The notes: generated by a model not told the origin, from the letters alone. A DNA stretch of 64,000 nt from Anaerolineales bacterium (GCA_035471625.1 DATIPT010000037.1:9559-73558); one strand, 5' to 3'; positions 44,272 through 54,016 are shown, counted from the stretch's first letter. A program made the numbers and translations.

Positions 44272-45517
44272 GGGGTCTCCCCAGCGCGGTCAGCAAATCG
44301 GCGTAGTCGTTCATCCGCGCCATTCGCCGCAGGAACGCCGCCGGAGAGTCGCTCGCCTTCCACAGCTCACGAACAGCTTCCCCAACCGGGTCGGCGCCGG
44401 CGGCGCTCTCAGGATCGTCGGCATACGCGCCATGGAAGGCAAAGTACGCCTGGTTCAAGCGGCGGACGACATACCCGTTCTCCACCAGCCGCTGGCGCCG
44501 CGCCTCCATGTAGTCCTCAGCTTCTTCCACCTTCCCGTCGGCCAGCAGGCGATCGACTTCCAGACGGGTCTCATGCATCTCGGCGTTGAAGTCGAATGCC
44601 TGCGGATCCGGAGACGATACCGGCCGCGCCGGCGCCGGAGGCGGGGGAAGGTACTCCGGGTAGTACCGCTCGACGACGGCACGGCCCAGTGCCTCCCCCA
44701 CCAAGGAGGCGACGGTCTCGTTCATCGTGCGCGTTTCCGGGGAGGCGTCGTAGGCCCATCCGAGCGGTCGGAGCGTCAGGTAGTTGTGGACCCACTCGTG
44801 GAGGACAACTTCGCTCAGCCACGCGAGGCCGGTCGTCTCCTGAACCATGGTCGGGTAGGTTCCGATGCCGCCGATCGGAACGACGAGCGCCGAGACCCGG
44901 AGGTCTTGTTCGACGGCCTGCTCGAGGGCGATCTGTTCCTCCATCGTCAACTCGGGCACCAACTGGATCAAGGCGTCCTGGCGGATCGTCTCCCGCGGCG
45001 AAATCACCAGCGCCAGCGGGAGCTGCGAGAGGTGGAATGAGACCGGCGGGAAGGGCGCGCCCAGGCCCGCCAGACCCGAGGCGGCCACGACGACGCTGGC
45101 CTGTTCCTGCAGCACGGCCTCGACGGCGGGCTGGAGATCCCCGATCTGCCGGCGCAGGTCGGCCAGCTCCGCTTGCAGCTTGACGGCCGCCTGACCGGGG
45201 TCGGTCACGGCCGGATCGGAGTAGATGCGTTCGATTTCGCCTTCCAGACCCCTGGCCCGTTCCAAGAGCCGGACATAGTCCCTCACCAGGCCGCCGCGCT
45301 CGGGCTCGGTCAGGTATCCGGCCTGCCCTCGGCTGGCCTGCTCAAGCTTCACCCCGATCGCCCCCAGAGTCCATCCGGCAAAGTCGAACTCGATCGGAGC
45401 CGTGAACCGCTGGGCACGGTCCGCCGTCTCGCGGTTCGGGCGCTGGCTTCCAGCAACCAGGATCAGGACCAGGAGGATCGACACTCCTACCGAGACGATC
45501 CGTGTCAAGAGTCGCAT
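44258..45517 (-). CDS. Membrane-anchored putative zinc metalloprotease (HExxH)
   Basis: N-terminal TM helix (SVGVSILLVLILVAG) and the motif VVLHEWVHNY. ATG 45517 was chosen. Confidence 0.45.
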   Translation of the reverse strand: MRLLTRIVSVGVSILLVLILVAGSQRPNRETADRAQRFTAPIEFDFAGWTLGAIGVKLEQASRGQAGYLTEPERGGLVRDYVRLLERARGLEGEIERIYSDPAVTDPGQAAVKLQAELADLRRQIGDLQPAVEAVLQEQASVVVAASGLAGLGAPFPPVSFHLSQLPLALVISPRETIRQDALIQLVPELTMEEQIALEQAVEQDLRVSALVVPIGGIGTYPTMVQETTGLAWLSEVVLHEWVHNYLTLRPLGWAYDASPETRTMNETVASLVGEALGRAVVERYYPEYLPPPPAPARPVSSPDPQAFDFNAEMHETRLEVDRLLADGKVEEAEDYMEARRQRLVENGYVVRRLNQAYFAFHGAYADDPESAAGADPVGEAVRELWKASDSPAAFLRRMARMNDYADLLTALGRPPTSP

Positions 45518-45600
45518 GCCGGCATCATAACCGAGGACGGTTGGGTGGGATCGATGCCCGCTGTCGGCCACGCCGCCCGGTTCCAGCCGGGACCCCCGCG

Positions 45601-45609
45601 TGCTATAAT
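45601..45609 (+). promoter_or_regulatory. Extended -10 promoter (TGcTATAAT) upstream of the epimerase gene
   Basis: Exact TGnTATAAT sequence, 46 nt before ATG 45656. Confidence 0.6.
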
Positions 45610-45620
45610 CCCCTTCCGCT

Positions 45621-45645
45621 GGCGGCCATCGGGCCGCCTTTCTCG
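45621..45645 (+). promoter_or_regulatory. Promoter-proximal terminator-like hairpin in the epimerase 5' UTR
   Basis: GGCGGCC-AUCG-GGCCGCC (7 perfect bp) followed by UUUCUCG, located between the -10 box and the start codon. Confidence 0.4.
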
Positions 45646-45655
45646 ACAGTCAGGC

Positions 45656-46594
45656 ATGAATTTCCTCGTAACCGGCGCCGCCGGGTTTCTCGGATCGTCG
45701 CTTGCCAACCGGCTGGCACACGAAGGCCACCAGGTGCGCGGTCTCGACGACCTCTCCGCCGGGGATCCCCAGCGGTTGGACGCCGACGTGCTCTTCACGC
45801 GCGGCGAAGTCACCGATCGACCCAAGCTCTGGACGCTGCTCCAAGATATCGACTGCGTCTACCATCTGGCGGCTCGGGTATCCGTGCCGGAGTCGGTCTT
45901 GTATCCCCGCGAGTACAACGCCGTCAACGTCGGCGGGACGGTCAGCGTGATGGAGGCGATGCGGGATGTGGGCGTCAAGCGCGTCGTCTTGATCTCCTCG
46001 GGTGCGGTCTACGGCGACCAGGGAACCCAGCCATTGCGCGAGGATGCTGTGCCCAATCCTCGCTCGCCGTATGCCGTGTCGAAGCTCGCCGCCGAGTACT
46101 ACGTCCGGACGATCGGTGCCCTGTGGGGGATCGAAACCGTGGCGCTGCGGGTGTTCAACGCCTATGGCCCGGGCCAGCCGATCCCGGCCGCCCATCCGCC
46201 AGTGGTCCCGCACTTCCTGCGCCAGGCAGTCCGGGCCGGCACGATCGTCATCCACGGCCAAGGGACACAGACACGTGACTTCATCTACGTTGACGACGTC
46301 GTCGAAGCGATGGTCGCCGCCGCGACCGCCCCGACGATCGACCGCCTGGTAATCAATGTGGGCCGAGGCGAGGCCACCTCGATCCGCAGCCTGGCCCAAA
46401 CCGTCCTGGAGGTTGTCGGATCGAGCGCCGAGTGGATCTACAAGGAATCCCAGGAACCGGGGCCATCGATGATGTGCGCCGATCTCACTTTGGCCTCCAA
46501 GAAGCTCGGGTTCTCACCTCGCGTCAGCCTCGAGGATGGATTGCGGCGCACGATCACCCGCGATCCTCGCTTCGAAGCGGCGCGCGCCGGGTAG
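45656..46594 (+). CDS. NAD-dependent sugar-nucleotide epimerase/dehydratase (GalE-like SDR)
   Basis: MNFLVTGAAGFLGS Rossmann motif and the YAVSK catalytic motif. The track's 161-codon N-terminal extension was rejected. Confidence 0.88.
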   Translation: MNFLVTGAAGFLGSSLANRLAHEGHQVRGLDDLSAGDPQRLDADVLFTRGEVTDRPKLWTLLQDIDCVYHLAARVSVPESVLYPREYNAVNVGGTVSVMEAMRDVGVKRVVLISSGAVYGDQGTQPLREDAVPNPRSPYAVSKLAAEYYVRTIGALWGIETVALRVFNAYGPGQPIPAAHPPVVPHFLRQAVRAGTIVIHGQGTQTRDFIYVDDVVEAMVAAATAPTIDRLVINVGRGEATSIRSLAQTVLEVVGSSAEWIYKESQEPGPSMMCADLTLASKKLGFSPRVSLEDGLRRTITRDPRFEAARAG

Positions 46595-46603
46595 CCGGAG
46601 GCG

Positions 46604-47215
46604 ATGACCGGCCGCCGGATCCCCCGCGCCTTCTTTCGCCGTCGGACGCTGGAAGTCGCCCGCGATCTGCTCGGTCAGCGGCTGGTCCGCCTCGAGCGGG
46701 GCCGGCGCCTCAGCGGCTGGATCATCGAGACCGAGGCCTACGTCGGCCAGGCCGACCTCGGCTGCCACGCCCGAGTCGGGAGGACGGATCGCAACCGCTC
46801 GATGTGGGGTCCGCCCGGCCACGCCTATGTGTACTTCACCTACGGGATGCACTGGTGCCTTAACGTCGTGACCGAGCCCGAGGGCGAACCGGCCGCCGTC
46901 CTGATCCGCGGGTTGATTCCATCGGAGGGCATGTCGCAGATGCGGCGGCGGCGTCCGGCAGGCCGGGCCCTGGCCGACGGGCCGGCCAAGCTGTGCCAGG
47001 CCCTCGGGCTGGATCGGGCCTGGGACGGTCATGACCTGTGCCGGAAAGATTCGCGACTCTTCATCGAGCGCGCCCCCGATCTCCCGGCGCACCGCATCCG
47101 GCGCAGCCCGCGCGTCGGGCTCGACCGCGTCCCGGAACCTTGGAAGAGCAAGCCCTGGCGGTTTCGGATCGCCGGGGATCTACAAACCCTGCTGCCACAG
47201 GAGGAGCTTGCATGA
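46604..47215 (+). CDS. mpg: DNA-3-methyladenine glycosylase (Mpg/AAG family)
   Basis: LGQRLVR...IIETEAY...D.GCHA...GHAYVYFTYGMHWCLNVV. Confidence 0.88.
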   Translation: MTGRRIPRAFFRRRTLEVARDLLGQRLVRLERGRRLSGWIIETEAYVGQADLGCHARVGRTDRNRSMWGPPGHAYVYFTYGMHWCLNVVTEPEGEPAAVLIRGLIPSEGMSQMRRRRPAGRALADGPAKLCQALGLDRAWDGHDLCRKDSRLFIERAPDLPAHRIRRSPRVGLDRVPEPWKSKPWRFRIAGDLQTLLPQEELA

Positions 47216-48006
47216 ACCGTTTGCTGGAGGGGAAGACGGCGCTGGTCTTCGGTGTGGCCAACGACCACTCCATCGCCTGGGGGATCTCCCAGGCGCTTCA
47301 CGCCCAGGGCGCCCGGCTAGCCTTCTCCTACGCCGTTGAAAGCCTCGAGCGCCGCGTCCGACCCCTGGCTGAATCGCTGGGCTCGACCTTCGTCGAGCCG
47401 TGCGACGTCTCGAGCGACGAACAGATCGAGGCGCTCTTTGCCAAGGCCGCCACCGAGTTAGGAACGATCGACATCCTGATCCACGCCGTCGCCTTTGCCG
47501 GACGGGAGGAACTCAGTCGACCGTTCTATCTGACCAGTCGCGCCGGTTTCATGAACACCCTCGATATCAGCGCCTATTCGCTGACCGCCCTCACCCGGGC
47601 GGCCCTGCCGCTCATGAAGAACGGCGGATCGGTCCTTACCCTGACGTACTACGCATCCGAGAAGGTCTTCCCCAACTACAATGTGATGGCCGTCGCCAAG
47701 GCGGCCCTGGAGGCCTCGGTTCGTTACCTGGCCGCCGAACTCGGCGAGAAGGGGATCCGAGTCAACGCCATCTCCGCCGGCCCTGTACGCACCCTTTCGG
47801 CGGCCGGCGTCGCCGGGTTCAAACGGATGCACCGGGAATTCGCACAATACAACCCCCTCCGCCGGGGCATCACGATCGAAGACCTGGGACACACCGCAGT
47901 CTGGCTGTGTTCAGACATGTCGTCGGCGATCACGGGGGAGATCGTCTTCGTCGACTCCGGCTACAATATCCTCGGGGTGGTGATCCCCGAAGACGAGAGC
48001 GATTGA
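47212..48006 (+). CDS. fabI: Enoyl-[acyl-carrier-protein] reductase (NADH)
   Basis: GKTALVFGVANDHSIAWGI...YNVMAVAKAALE...NAISAGPVRTL. An ATGA overlap joins it to mpg. Confidence 0.9.
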   Translation: MNRLLEGKTALVFGVANDHSIAWGISQALHAQGARLAFSYAVESLERRVRPLAESLGSTFVEPCDVSSDEQIEALFAKAATELGTIDILIHAVAFAGREELSRPFYLTSRAGFMNTLDISAYSLTALTRAALPLMKNGGSVLTLTYYASEKVFPNYNVMAVAKAALEASVRYLAAELGEKGIRVNAISAGPVRTLSAAGVAGFKRMHREFAQYNPLRRGITIEDLGHTAVWLCSDMSSAITGEIVFVDSGYNILGVVIPEDESD

Positions 48007-48015
48007 TCCTGATCG

Positions 48016-49176
48016 ATGATTGAGCGCGGGCGTCGCGCCCTGTTCCCACGCTACGAAGGTGAGGAGCGCACCTTCCGGCTGCGGCTGGGCCGCTTGGTCG
48101 TCCGCGCCGGCGCCGCCGTCTTCATCGCCTGGGTTGGCGCCACCATTGTGCTCGGTCTCCTCGGCCAGGAGCCTCTCGTTCCTATCCTTCCGGTGGAAAT
48201 CGGCGCCGCGGCCCTGGTGGCCTCGGTTCTGATTGCCGCAGCCCTCCTCCTGACGCGCGGGCGCTTGCTCTGGGCCGGGTATCTGCTCTCGGTCGCGTTC
48301 CTCGCGTACCCGGCCTTCCGTCTCCTCTCCGACCCGGCCCACCTGTTCTTCGCCAGCCCCATCCTCCTGATCTCTGTGCTTGTGGCCGGCGCCACGGTGA
48401 GCCCCGCCGCCGGGTACTTGTTTGCGGCGGCCTCGATGGCGGTCAACATCTCCGCCTGGAGCCAGGCCTCTCGGCTTCCCTCGGATCTCCCCGTCCCCCT
48501 GACCGCCGAAACCGGGATCGCCTTCTTGATCGCTCAGGGCATCACGCTTTTCCTCACGGCCTTCTTGCTCCACGCGTTTACCGGCGAGGCCCAAAGCACG
48601 ATCGTCCAACTCAACCGTCAGGCCGCCCAGATGACCGAGCTCGCCCACACCGACCCGCTCACGGGCCTGGCGAACCGGCGCTGGCTGCTCGAGCTGCTCG
48701 AACGGGAGTTCCTGCGCGCCCGACGCCATCGCCGGCCTCTGAGCCTGATCTATCTCGACCTCGACGGCTTCAAGCTGGTGAACGACCGCTTCGGACACCT
48801 CTTCGGCGACGGGATCCTGCGAAGCGCGGCGCGATCGATGCAGGCGGTCCTGCGCGGTTCCGACCTGCTGGCGCGGGTCGGCGGCGATGAATTCGCCGTC
48901 CTCCTGCCGGAGACCGACCTCTCGGGCGCCGAGAAGGTCGCTGCCAAGTTCCACCGCGCCCTGGCCGCCTCGACTCGCCCGTACGGCGCCGAGTTGCCAC
49001 CGCTTTCGTTCTCTGCCGGGATCTGCCAGCTTCAGGAGGATGATCGCACGATCGACGACATCCTGGTCCGGGCGGATGACGCCCAGTACCTGGCCAAGGC
49101 CGTCGGCCCGGGCACCATCCGGACTCAGGCGGCCCTCGAGACTCGGCCCAACCTCGCCGGCGAAAAATCCGTATGA
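48016..49176 (+). CDS. Membrane-bound diguanylate cyclase (GGDEF)
   Basis: About 6 N-terminal TM helices. The C-terminal GGDEF domain has RxxD (RRHRRPLS), DLDGFKLVND and GGDEFAVLL. Confidence 0.88.
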   Translation: MIERGRRALFPRYEGEERTFRLRLGRLVVRAGAAVFIAWVGATIVLGLLGQEPLVPILPVEIGAAALVASVLIAAALLLTRGRLLWAGYLLSVAFLAYPAFRLLSDPAHLFFASPILLISVLVAGATVSPAAGYLFAAASMAVNISAWSQASRLPSDLPVPLTAETGIAFLIAQGITLFLTAFLLHAFTGEAQSTIVQLNRQAAQMTELAHTDPLTGLANRRWLLELLEREFLRARRHRRPLSLIYLDLDGFKLVNDRFGHLFGDGILRSAARSMQAVLRGSDLLARVGGDEFAVLLPETDLSGAEKVAAKFHRALAASTRPYGAELPPLSFSAGICQLQEDDRTIDDILVRADDAQYLAKAVGPGTIRTQAALETRPNLAGEKSV

Positions 49177-49631
49177 TCCATCAGGCCGATCTCGCCCTTT
49201 CGACTCGCGGCGATGCCGACATCCATGATCTGACCGACCAGGTCGACCGCCTGATCGCGGCCAGCGGGTTGCACGAAGGCCTGGTGACGCTCTTCACGCC
49301 GTCCTCGACCAGCGCCCTGACGACGATCGAGTTCGAGCAAGGTGCCCTGGACGATCTCCGCCGGGCCCTCGACCAGATCGCACCGCCCGATGGCGAGTAC
49401 CGTCACAACCTCCGCTGGGGCGACGGCAACGGCCATGCTCACTTGCGGGCGGCCTTGCTCGGGCCGTCGCTGGCGATCCCGATCCGGGGCGGGCAGATGA
49501 CCCTCGGAACCTGGCAGCAGATCATCTTCATCGACTTCGACGTTCGCCCCCGCCGCCGCACCGTCATCGTCCAAATCATCGGAGATTCCTCCGGAGAGGA
49601 TCGTCCACGTCGCCGGAGGAAGAGCGAGTGA
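49173..49631 (+). CDS. YjbQ/UPF0047 family protein (secondary thiamine-phosphate synthase enzyme family)
   Basis: ..GLVTLFTPSSTSALTTIEFE...GNGHAHLRAALLGPS...GTWQQIIFIDFD. Confidence 0.85.
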   Translation: MIHQADLALSTRGDADIHDLTDQVDRLIAASGLHEGLVTLFTPSSTSALTTIEFEQGALDDLRRALDQIAPPDGEYRHNLRWGDGNGHAHLRAALLGPSLAIPIRGGQMTLGTWQQIIFIDFDVRPRRRTVIVQIIGDSSGEDRPRRRRKSE

Positions 49632-50473
49632 CCCGAACCCTGCTGGCGGTCCTGGCCCACCCCGACGACGAGACCTTTGGCACCGGGGGCACGCTCGCCC
49701 TCTACGCCTCACGCGGCGTCGAGGTCCATCTCATTTGCGCCACGCGCGGCGAGGTCGGCACCGTCGATCCGGAGCTGCTCAAAGGCCACGCCTCCATCGG
49801 CGAGCTGCGCCAGCACGAGCTTGAGTGCGCCGCGGAGCACCTCGGCCTAGCCGGCGTCCACTTCCTCGACTATCGAGACTCGGGCATGCCGGGATCCGCC
49901 GATAATCATCACCCTGCCGCGCTGGCAGCAGCCCCGGTCGAGCAGGTCGCCGGCAAGGTTGCCGAATGGATCCGGCGCCTGAAGCCGCAGGTCGTGATCA
50001 CCTTCGATCCCATTGGCGGCTACCGCCACCCAGACCACATCGCCATCCACCAAGCGACCGTCCTCGCCGTCGAATCGGCCGGGGACCCGAGCGGGAGCCC
50101 GGACGGACTTCCCCCGCACCGAGCCGACAAGCTCTACTTCAGCACCTTCCGCCGGCCCTGGCTCCGCCACGGAATCCGTCTGCTCCGTCTCTTCGGACAG
50201 GATCCCCGCCATTGGGGGCGCAACAAGGATATCGATCTCGTTGATATCGCCCAGAGTCAGTTTCCGGTCCACGCCTGGATCGACATTCGCCCGGTCGCCG
50301 ATCGCAAACAGCGCGCCACTGCCTGCCACGCCAGCCAAGCCATGCCGCGGCCGAGGGGGATCGCACGCTACTTCTTCCGGTTCTCGGAGGCTGAAGAAGT
50401 CTACATGCGAGCCCGCCCTGAGCCGACCGCCGGCCTGCGCGAACGCGATCTCTTCGAAGGCGTTTCCGGGTAG
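49628..50473 (+). CDS. PIG-L/LmbE-family N-acetylglucosaminyl deacetylase
   Basis: LLAVLAHPDDETFGTGGTLA and HPDH motifs. A GTGA overlap joins it to yjbQ. Confidence 0.85.
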   Translation: MTRTLLAVLAHPDDETFGTGGTLALYASRGVEVHLICATRGEVGTVDPELLKGHASIGELRQHELECAAEHLGLAGVHFLDYRDSGMPGSADNHHPAALAAAPVEQVAGKVAEWIRRLKPQVVITFDPIGGYRHPDHIAIHQATVLAVESAGDPSGSPDGLPPHRADKLYFSTFRRPWLRHGIRLLRLFGQDPRHWGRNKDIDLVDIAQSQFPVHAWIDIRPVADRKQRATACHASQAMPRPRGIARYFFRFSEAEEVYMRARPEPTAGLRERDLFEGVSG

Positions 50474-50556
50474 GCGCTCCCGACCATCGCCACGTCGGCT
50501 CGCGGACCCACGATTGCGTCCATATCATCCGACGACCAACTCCGGAATCCCGCCCA

Positions 50557-50565
50557 TGGTAAGAT
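50557..50565 (+). promoter_or_regulatory. Extended -10 promoter (TGgTAAGAT) upstream of glgP
   Basis: ATGGTAAGAT lies 43 nt before ATG 50609. Confidence 0.45.
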
Positions 50566-50608
50566 TCCCCGTCCTCGCCTTCTTCGCCGCACTCCCGCGC
50601 GGCGCGTT

Positions 50609-52750
50609 ATGACAGAACCTGAGACCACCCTCCCCAACGAGTTCCACCTGCCCACCCGCCTTCGTCGTCTGCCCGATCTCGCGTACAACCTGTGGTGGAC
50701 ATGGTATCGGGGCGCCGACCGGGTCTTCCGCTGGCTTGACCGCGAAGCGTGGGATCTGGCGGGCCACAACCCGGTCACCTTCCTGCGCCAGGCCCGGCCG
50801 GAGATTCTCAAGGCCGCGACCCGCAATCGGGTGTACCTCGAGCAGTACGACAGCGTCGTCCGTGCCTTCGACGCCTACATGGCCGGCGGGGGCCAAGCCT
50901 GGTACCCGTCTACGTACCCGGACCGGGTCGAGGGCCCGATCGCCTACTTCTCCACAGAGTTCGGCCTCCACGAGTCCTTGCCCATCTACGCCGGAGGCCT
51001 GGGTGTGCTCTCCGGCGATCACCTCAAGGAGGCCAGCGATCTCGGGATGCCCGTCGTCGCCCTGGGATTCCTGTACACCCAGGGGTACTTCCGACAACGC
51101 ATCACCGAGGATGGGTGGCAGGAGGCTGAGTACACGCCGCTCAGCTTCACCGACCTCCCTGTCCGGCCGGTGCTCGATCAGGTCGGCGCTCCCCTGACGG
51201 TCTCCGTCGATCTCCCGGGGAGGTCCGCCCAGGCGCGCCTGTGGAAGATCCAGATCGGCCGCGTTCCACTCTACCTCCTCGACAGCAACATCGATTCCAA
51301 CCAGCCGTCCGACCGTGAGCTAACCGCCCGCCTGTACACCAGCGATCTCGAGAGTCGGATCTCCCAGGAGGTTCTGCTGGGCCTGGGCGGGGTACGCGCC
51401 TTGCGGGCCCTGGGGTACAACCCGGCGGTCTGGCACATGAATGAAGGCCACTCGTCCTTCCTCTCCCTCGAGCGCTTGCGCGAACTCGTCGCTGCCGGCC
51501 GATCCTTCGAAGAGGCCTTCGACCGCGTCCGCAGCGCGACCGTCTTCACGACTCACACACCCGTCCCCGCCGGGCACGACGAATTCCCGCTTTGGCTGAT
51601 CGACAAGCATTTCGGTTCCTTCTGGCCGCAACTCGGGTTGGATCGCGACGCCTTCATCGATCTTGCGCGTTACCAACAGCCCTGGGGCGAAACGTTCAGC
51701 ATGGCTATCCTGGCGCTGCGCTTCTCAGCGCTTCGCAACGGCGTATCCGAGCTGCATGGCGAGGTGGCGCGGCGGATGTGGTCGTTCGTGTGGCCCGACC
51801 GCCCCGAAACCGAGGTCCCGATCAGTCACATCACCAACGGGGTCCACACCGGGACCTGGCTGGCGCGCCGGATGGGCGACCTCTACGATCGCTACCTCGG
51901 CCCGGGTTGGCTCGAACGCGTCGATGATCCCGCAATCTGGCGAGGCGCCGATCACATTCCCGACACGGAACTGTGGGAGGTCCGCCGGCACCTGAAACGC
52001 AAGCTGGCGGCGGCGATGCGCGACCGCTCACGTCGGCTGTGGCTGGCCCGGCGCCTCCACCCGGTCCAGGTGATTGCCAGCGGCGCGCTGCTCGACCCGT
52101 ACGCCCTGACCATCGGATTCGCCCGCCGCTTCGCCACCTACAAGCGGGCCCACCTGCTTTTCCACGACTTCGATCGCCTGCTACGCCTGCTCCATCGACC
52201 GGGGATGCCCCTGCAAGTCATCTACGCTGGAAAGGCCCATCCGGCCGACGAGCCGGGGAAGCGTCTGATCCAAGAGGTCTACCACAGGGTCAAACAGGCG
52301 GAGACCGGCGGCCGTTTGGTCTTCGTCGAAGACTACGACATGGACCTGGCCCGCTACCTCGTCCAGGGCGTGGATGTCTGGCTCAACACACCTCGCCGGC
52401 CGAATGAAGCCTGCGGCACCTCCGGTCAGAAGGCCGCCCTGAACGGCGCCCTGAACGTTTCGGTTCTGGACGGCTGGTGGCGGGAGGGCTACGATGGACA
52501 GAACGGCTGGGCGATCGGCGGCGACGAGGACACCCAGGACGATGAGGCCGACGCCGATGCCCTCTACCGGCTGCTGGAGGACGAGGTCTTGCCCCTCTAC
52601 TACCTCGAGCGCTCCACCGACGAGATCCCCAACGAATGGCTCGGCCGGGTGCGCCAGTCGATCCAGACTCTGGCGCCGCAGTTCAGCATGCGCCGGATGG
52701 TTCGCGAGTACGTTCATCAGATGTATCACCCGGCCCGGATGGAGGCTTGA
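50609..52750 (+). CDS. glgP: Alpha-glucan phosphorylase (GT35, short bacterial/archaeal type)
   Basis: AYFSTEFGLHESLPIYAGGLGVLSGDHLK, EGHSSF, TVFTTHTPV and the PLP-site region GTSGQKAALNG. Confidence 0.9.
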   Translation: MTEPETTLPNEFHLPTRLRRLPDLAYNLWWTWYRGADRVFRWLDREAWDLAGHNPVTFLRQARPEILKAATRNRVYLEQYDSVVRAFDAYMAGGGQAWYPSTYPDRVEGPIAYFSTEFGLHESLPIYAGGLGVLSGDHLKEASDLGMPVVALGFLYTQGYFRQRITEDGWQEAEYTPLSFTDLPVRPVLDQVGAPLTVSVDLPGRSAQARLWKIQIGRVPLYLLDSNIDSNQPSDRELTARLYTSDLESRISQEVLLGLGGVRALRALGYNPAVWHMNEGHSSFLSLERLRELVAAGRSFEEAFDRVRSATVFTTHTPVPAGHDEFPLWLIDKHFGSFWPQLGLDRDAFIDLARYQQPWGETFSMAILALRFSALRNGVSELHGEVARRMWSFVWPDRPETEVPISHITNGVHTGTWLARRMGDLYDRYLGPGWLERVDDPAIWRGADHIPDTELWEVRRHLKRKLAAAMRDRSRRLWLARRLHPVQVIASGALLDPYALTIGFARRFATYKRAHLLFHDFDRLLRLLHRPGMPLQVIYAGKAHPADEPGKRLIQEVYHRVKQAETGGRLVFVEDYDMDLARYLVQGVDVWLNTPRRPNEACGTSGQKAALNGALNVSVLDGWWREGYDGQNGWAIGGDEDTQDDEADADALYRLLEDEVLPLYYLERSTDEIPNEWLGRVRQSIQTLAPQFSMRRMVREYVHQMYHPARMEA

Positions 52751-52753
52751 CCA

Positions 52754-53281
52754 TTGTTGACGGCCCTCGCCCTCTCCCCGGTAGGGGTCGCCCTGGCGAT
52801 CTTCCTCTTGCGCGTCTGCGACATGACGCTCGACACGATGCGCGTCTTGTTCATCGTGCGCGGCAAGCGCCCGGTTGTCTGGTTCCTGGGTTTCTTCCAG
52901 TCAGCGATCTGGATCGTGGCCATCAGCAGCGTCCTCGGCCACCTCGGCAATCCGCTGGCCTGGATCGGGTATGCCGCCGGATTCGCGACCGGGAATGTCG
53001 TCGGGATGACGATCGAAGATCGTCTGGCGGTCGGCCACCGCCACTTGCGAGTCATCAGCAGCCACCGCGGCTTGCAGGTGACCGCCGCCGTGCGCCAGGC
53101 CGGATACGCCGTCACCGAGGTTGATGGGCGCGGCCGCGACGGGCCGGTACTCGTGATCAACGCCAGCGTTCGACGCCGGGACCTGAACCGCCTGCGCGGG
53201 CTGATCCGGGAGGCGGATCCGGAGGCCTTCATCGCCGTCGAGGAAGTCCTCCCGCTCCACCGCGGCTTCTTCCGCTCCTAG
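52754..53281 (+). CDS. UPF0316 membrane protein (DUF5698 TM domain + DUF2179), paralogue 1
   Basis: FLLRVCDMTLDTMRVLFIVRGKRPVVWFLGFF plus a C-terminal soluble domain. It is 3 nt downstream of glgP. Confidence 0.7.
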   Translation: MLTALALSPVGVALAIFLLRVCDMTLDTMRVLFIVRGKRPVVWFLGFFQSAIWIVAISSVLGHLGNPLAWIGYAAGFATGNVVGMTIEDRLAVGHRHLRVISSHRGLQVTAAVRQAGYAVTEVDGRGRDGPVLVINASVRRRDLNRLRGLIREADPEAFIAVEEVLPLHRGFFRS

Positions 53282-53291
53282 CCCCGGTACG

Positions 53292-53828
53292 ATGCTCGCC
53301 TACGCCCCTTGGCTGTCACCCCTCGACGCCCTGCCCCCGGTGGCCATCCCCCTCGCGGTCTTCTTGCTGCGGGCGCTCGATCTGACCCTTTCGACGCTGC
53401 GGATGTTGGCCGTCGTTCGAGGTCGACCCTTGCTCGCCTGGGTCCTCGGGTTTTTTGGGGCGCTACTTTTCGTCTCCGCCGTCGCCGGGGTCTTAACGGC
53501 GCTGAACGGCTGGAGCCTGCTGGCGTATGCGGCGGGCTATGCCACTGGCAGCTTCGTCGGGATGACCGTCGAACGGCGTCTGGCTCCCGGGCGCAGCCTG
53601 CTGCGGATCTTCACCCCGGCTGCCGGCCAGGCGATCTCGGACGCCCTCCACGCCGCCGGGCTGGGAGCCACGTGGATCCGGGCCCACCCGCCCGGCGGCG
53701 ACCTCGTGCTTTGCTACGCGCGGCGCCGCGACGTGCCCCGGGTGCGTGATTTGATCGCCTCGGTCGACCCGACCTGCGACGTTACCAGCGAGAACGTCCG
53801 CTGGCTGCGCGGCGGCTGGCACGTCTGA
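53292..53828 (+). CDS. UPF0316 membrane protein, paralogue 2
   Basis: FLLRALDLTLSTLRMLAVVRGRPLLAWVLGFF is collinear with paralogue 1. Confidence 0.7.
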   Translation: MLAYAPWLSPLDALPPVAIPLAVFLLRALDLTLSTLRMLAVVRGRPLLAWVLGFFGALLFVSAVAGVLTALNGWSLLAYAAGYATGSFVGMTVERRLAPGRSLLRIFTPAAGQAISDALHAAGLGATWIRAHPPGGDLVLCYARRRDVPRVRDLIASVDPTCDVTSENVRWLRGGWHV

Positions 53829-53912
53829 GCCGCCTACCTTCGGTGCCTTCGGCCGTCACACCCTGACCTCAGTCCTACTTTCCCATCGAAGGCACAGCCG
53901 CGCAGCGCGATG

Positions 53913-53942
53913 ATTGCAGGGGCAACACCCTGCGGGTATAAT
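53913..53942 (+). promoter_or_regulatory. Sigma70-type promoter (TTGCAG - 18 nt - TATAAT)
   Basis: The -35 lies at 53913-53918 and the -10 at 53937-53942, about 75 nt upstream of ATG 54017. Confidence 0.6.
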
Positions 53943-54016
53943 CCCGCAACCCACTCTGCGGTCTCCGCATCGGGCGCAATCGAACGGCCGCAGGACAAAC
54001 CGATCGACAGGGTGCC

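Noticed and set aside
45173-45655. Long N-terminal extensions offered by the track for the epimerase (45173), fabI (47038), M20 peptidase (43006), DUF402 (58406), lipoprotein (41645) and leuS (16592)
   Set aside because: In each case the extension overlaps an upstream gene, promoter or riboswitch and is Arg/Pro-rich. An internal ATG/GTG with an SD, or a 4-nt stop/start overlap, begins exactly where family-typical N-terminal motifs start.
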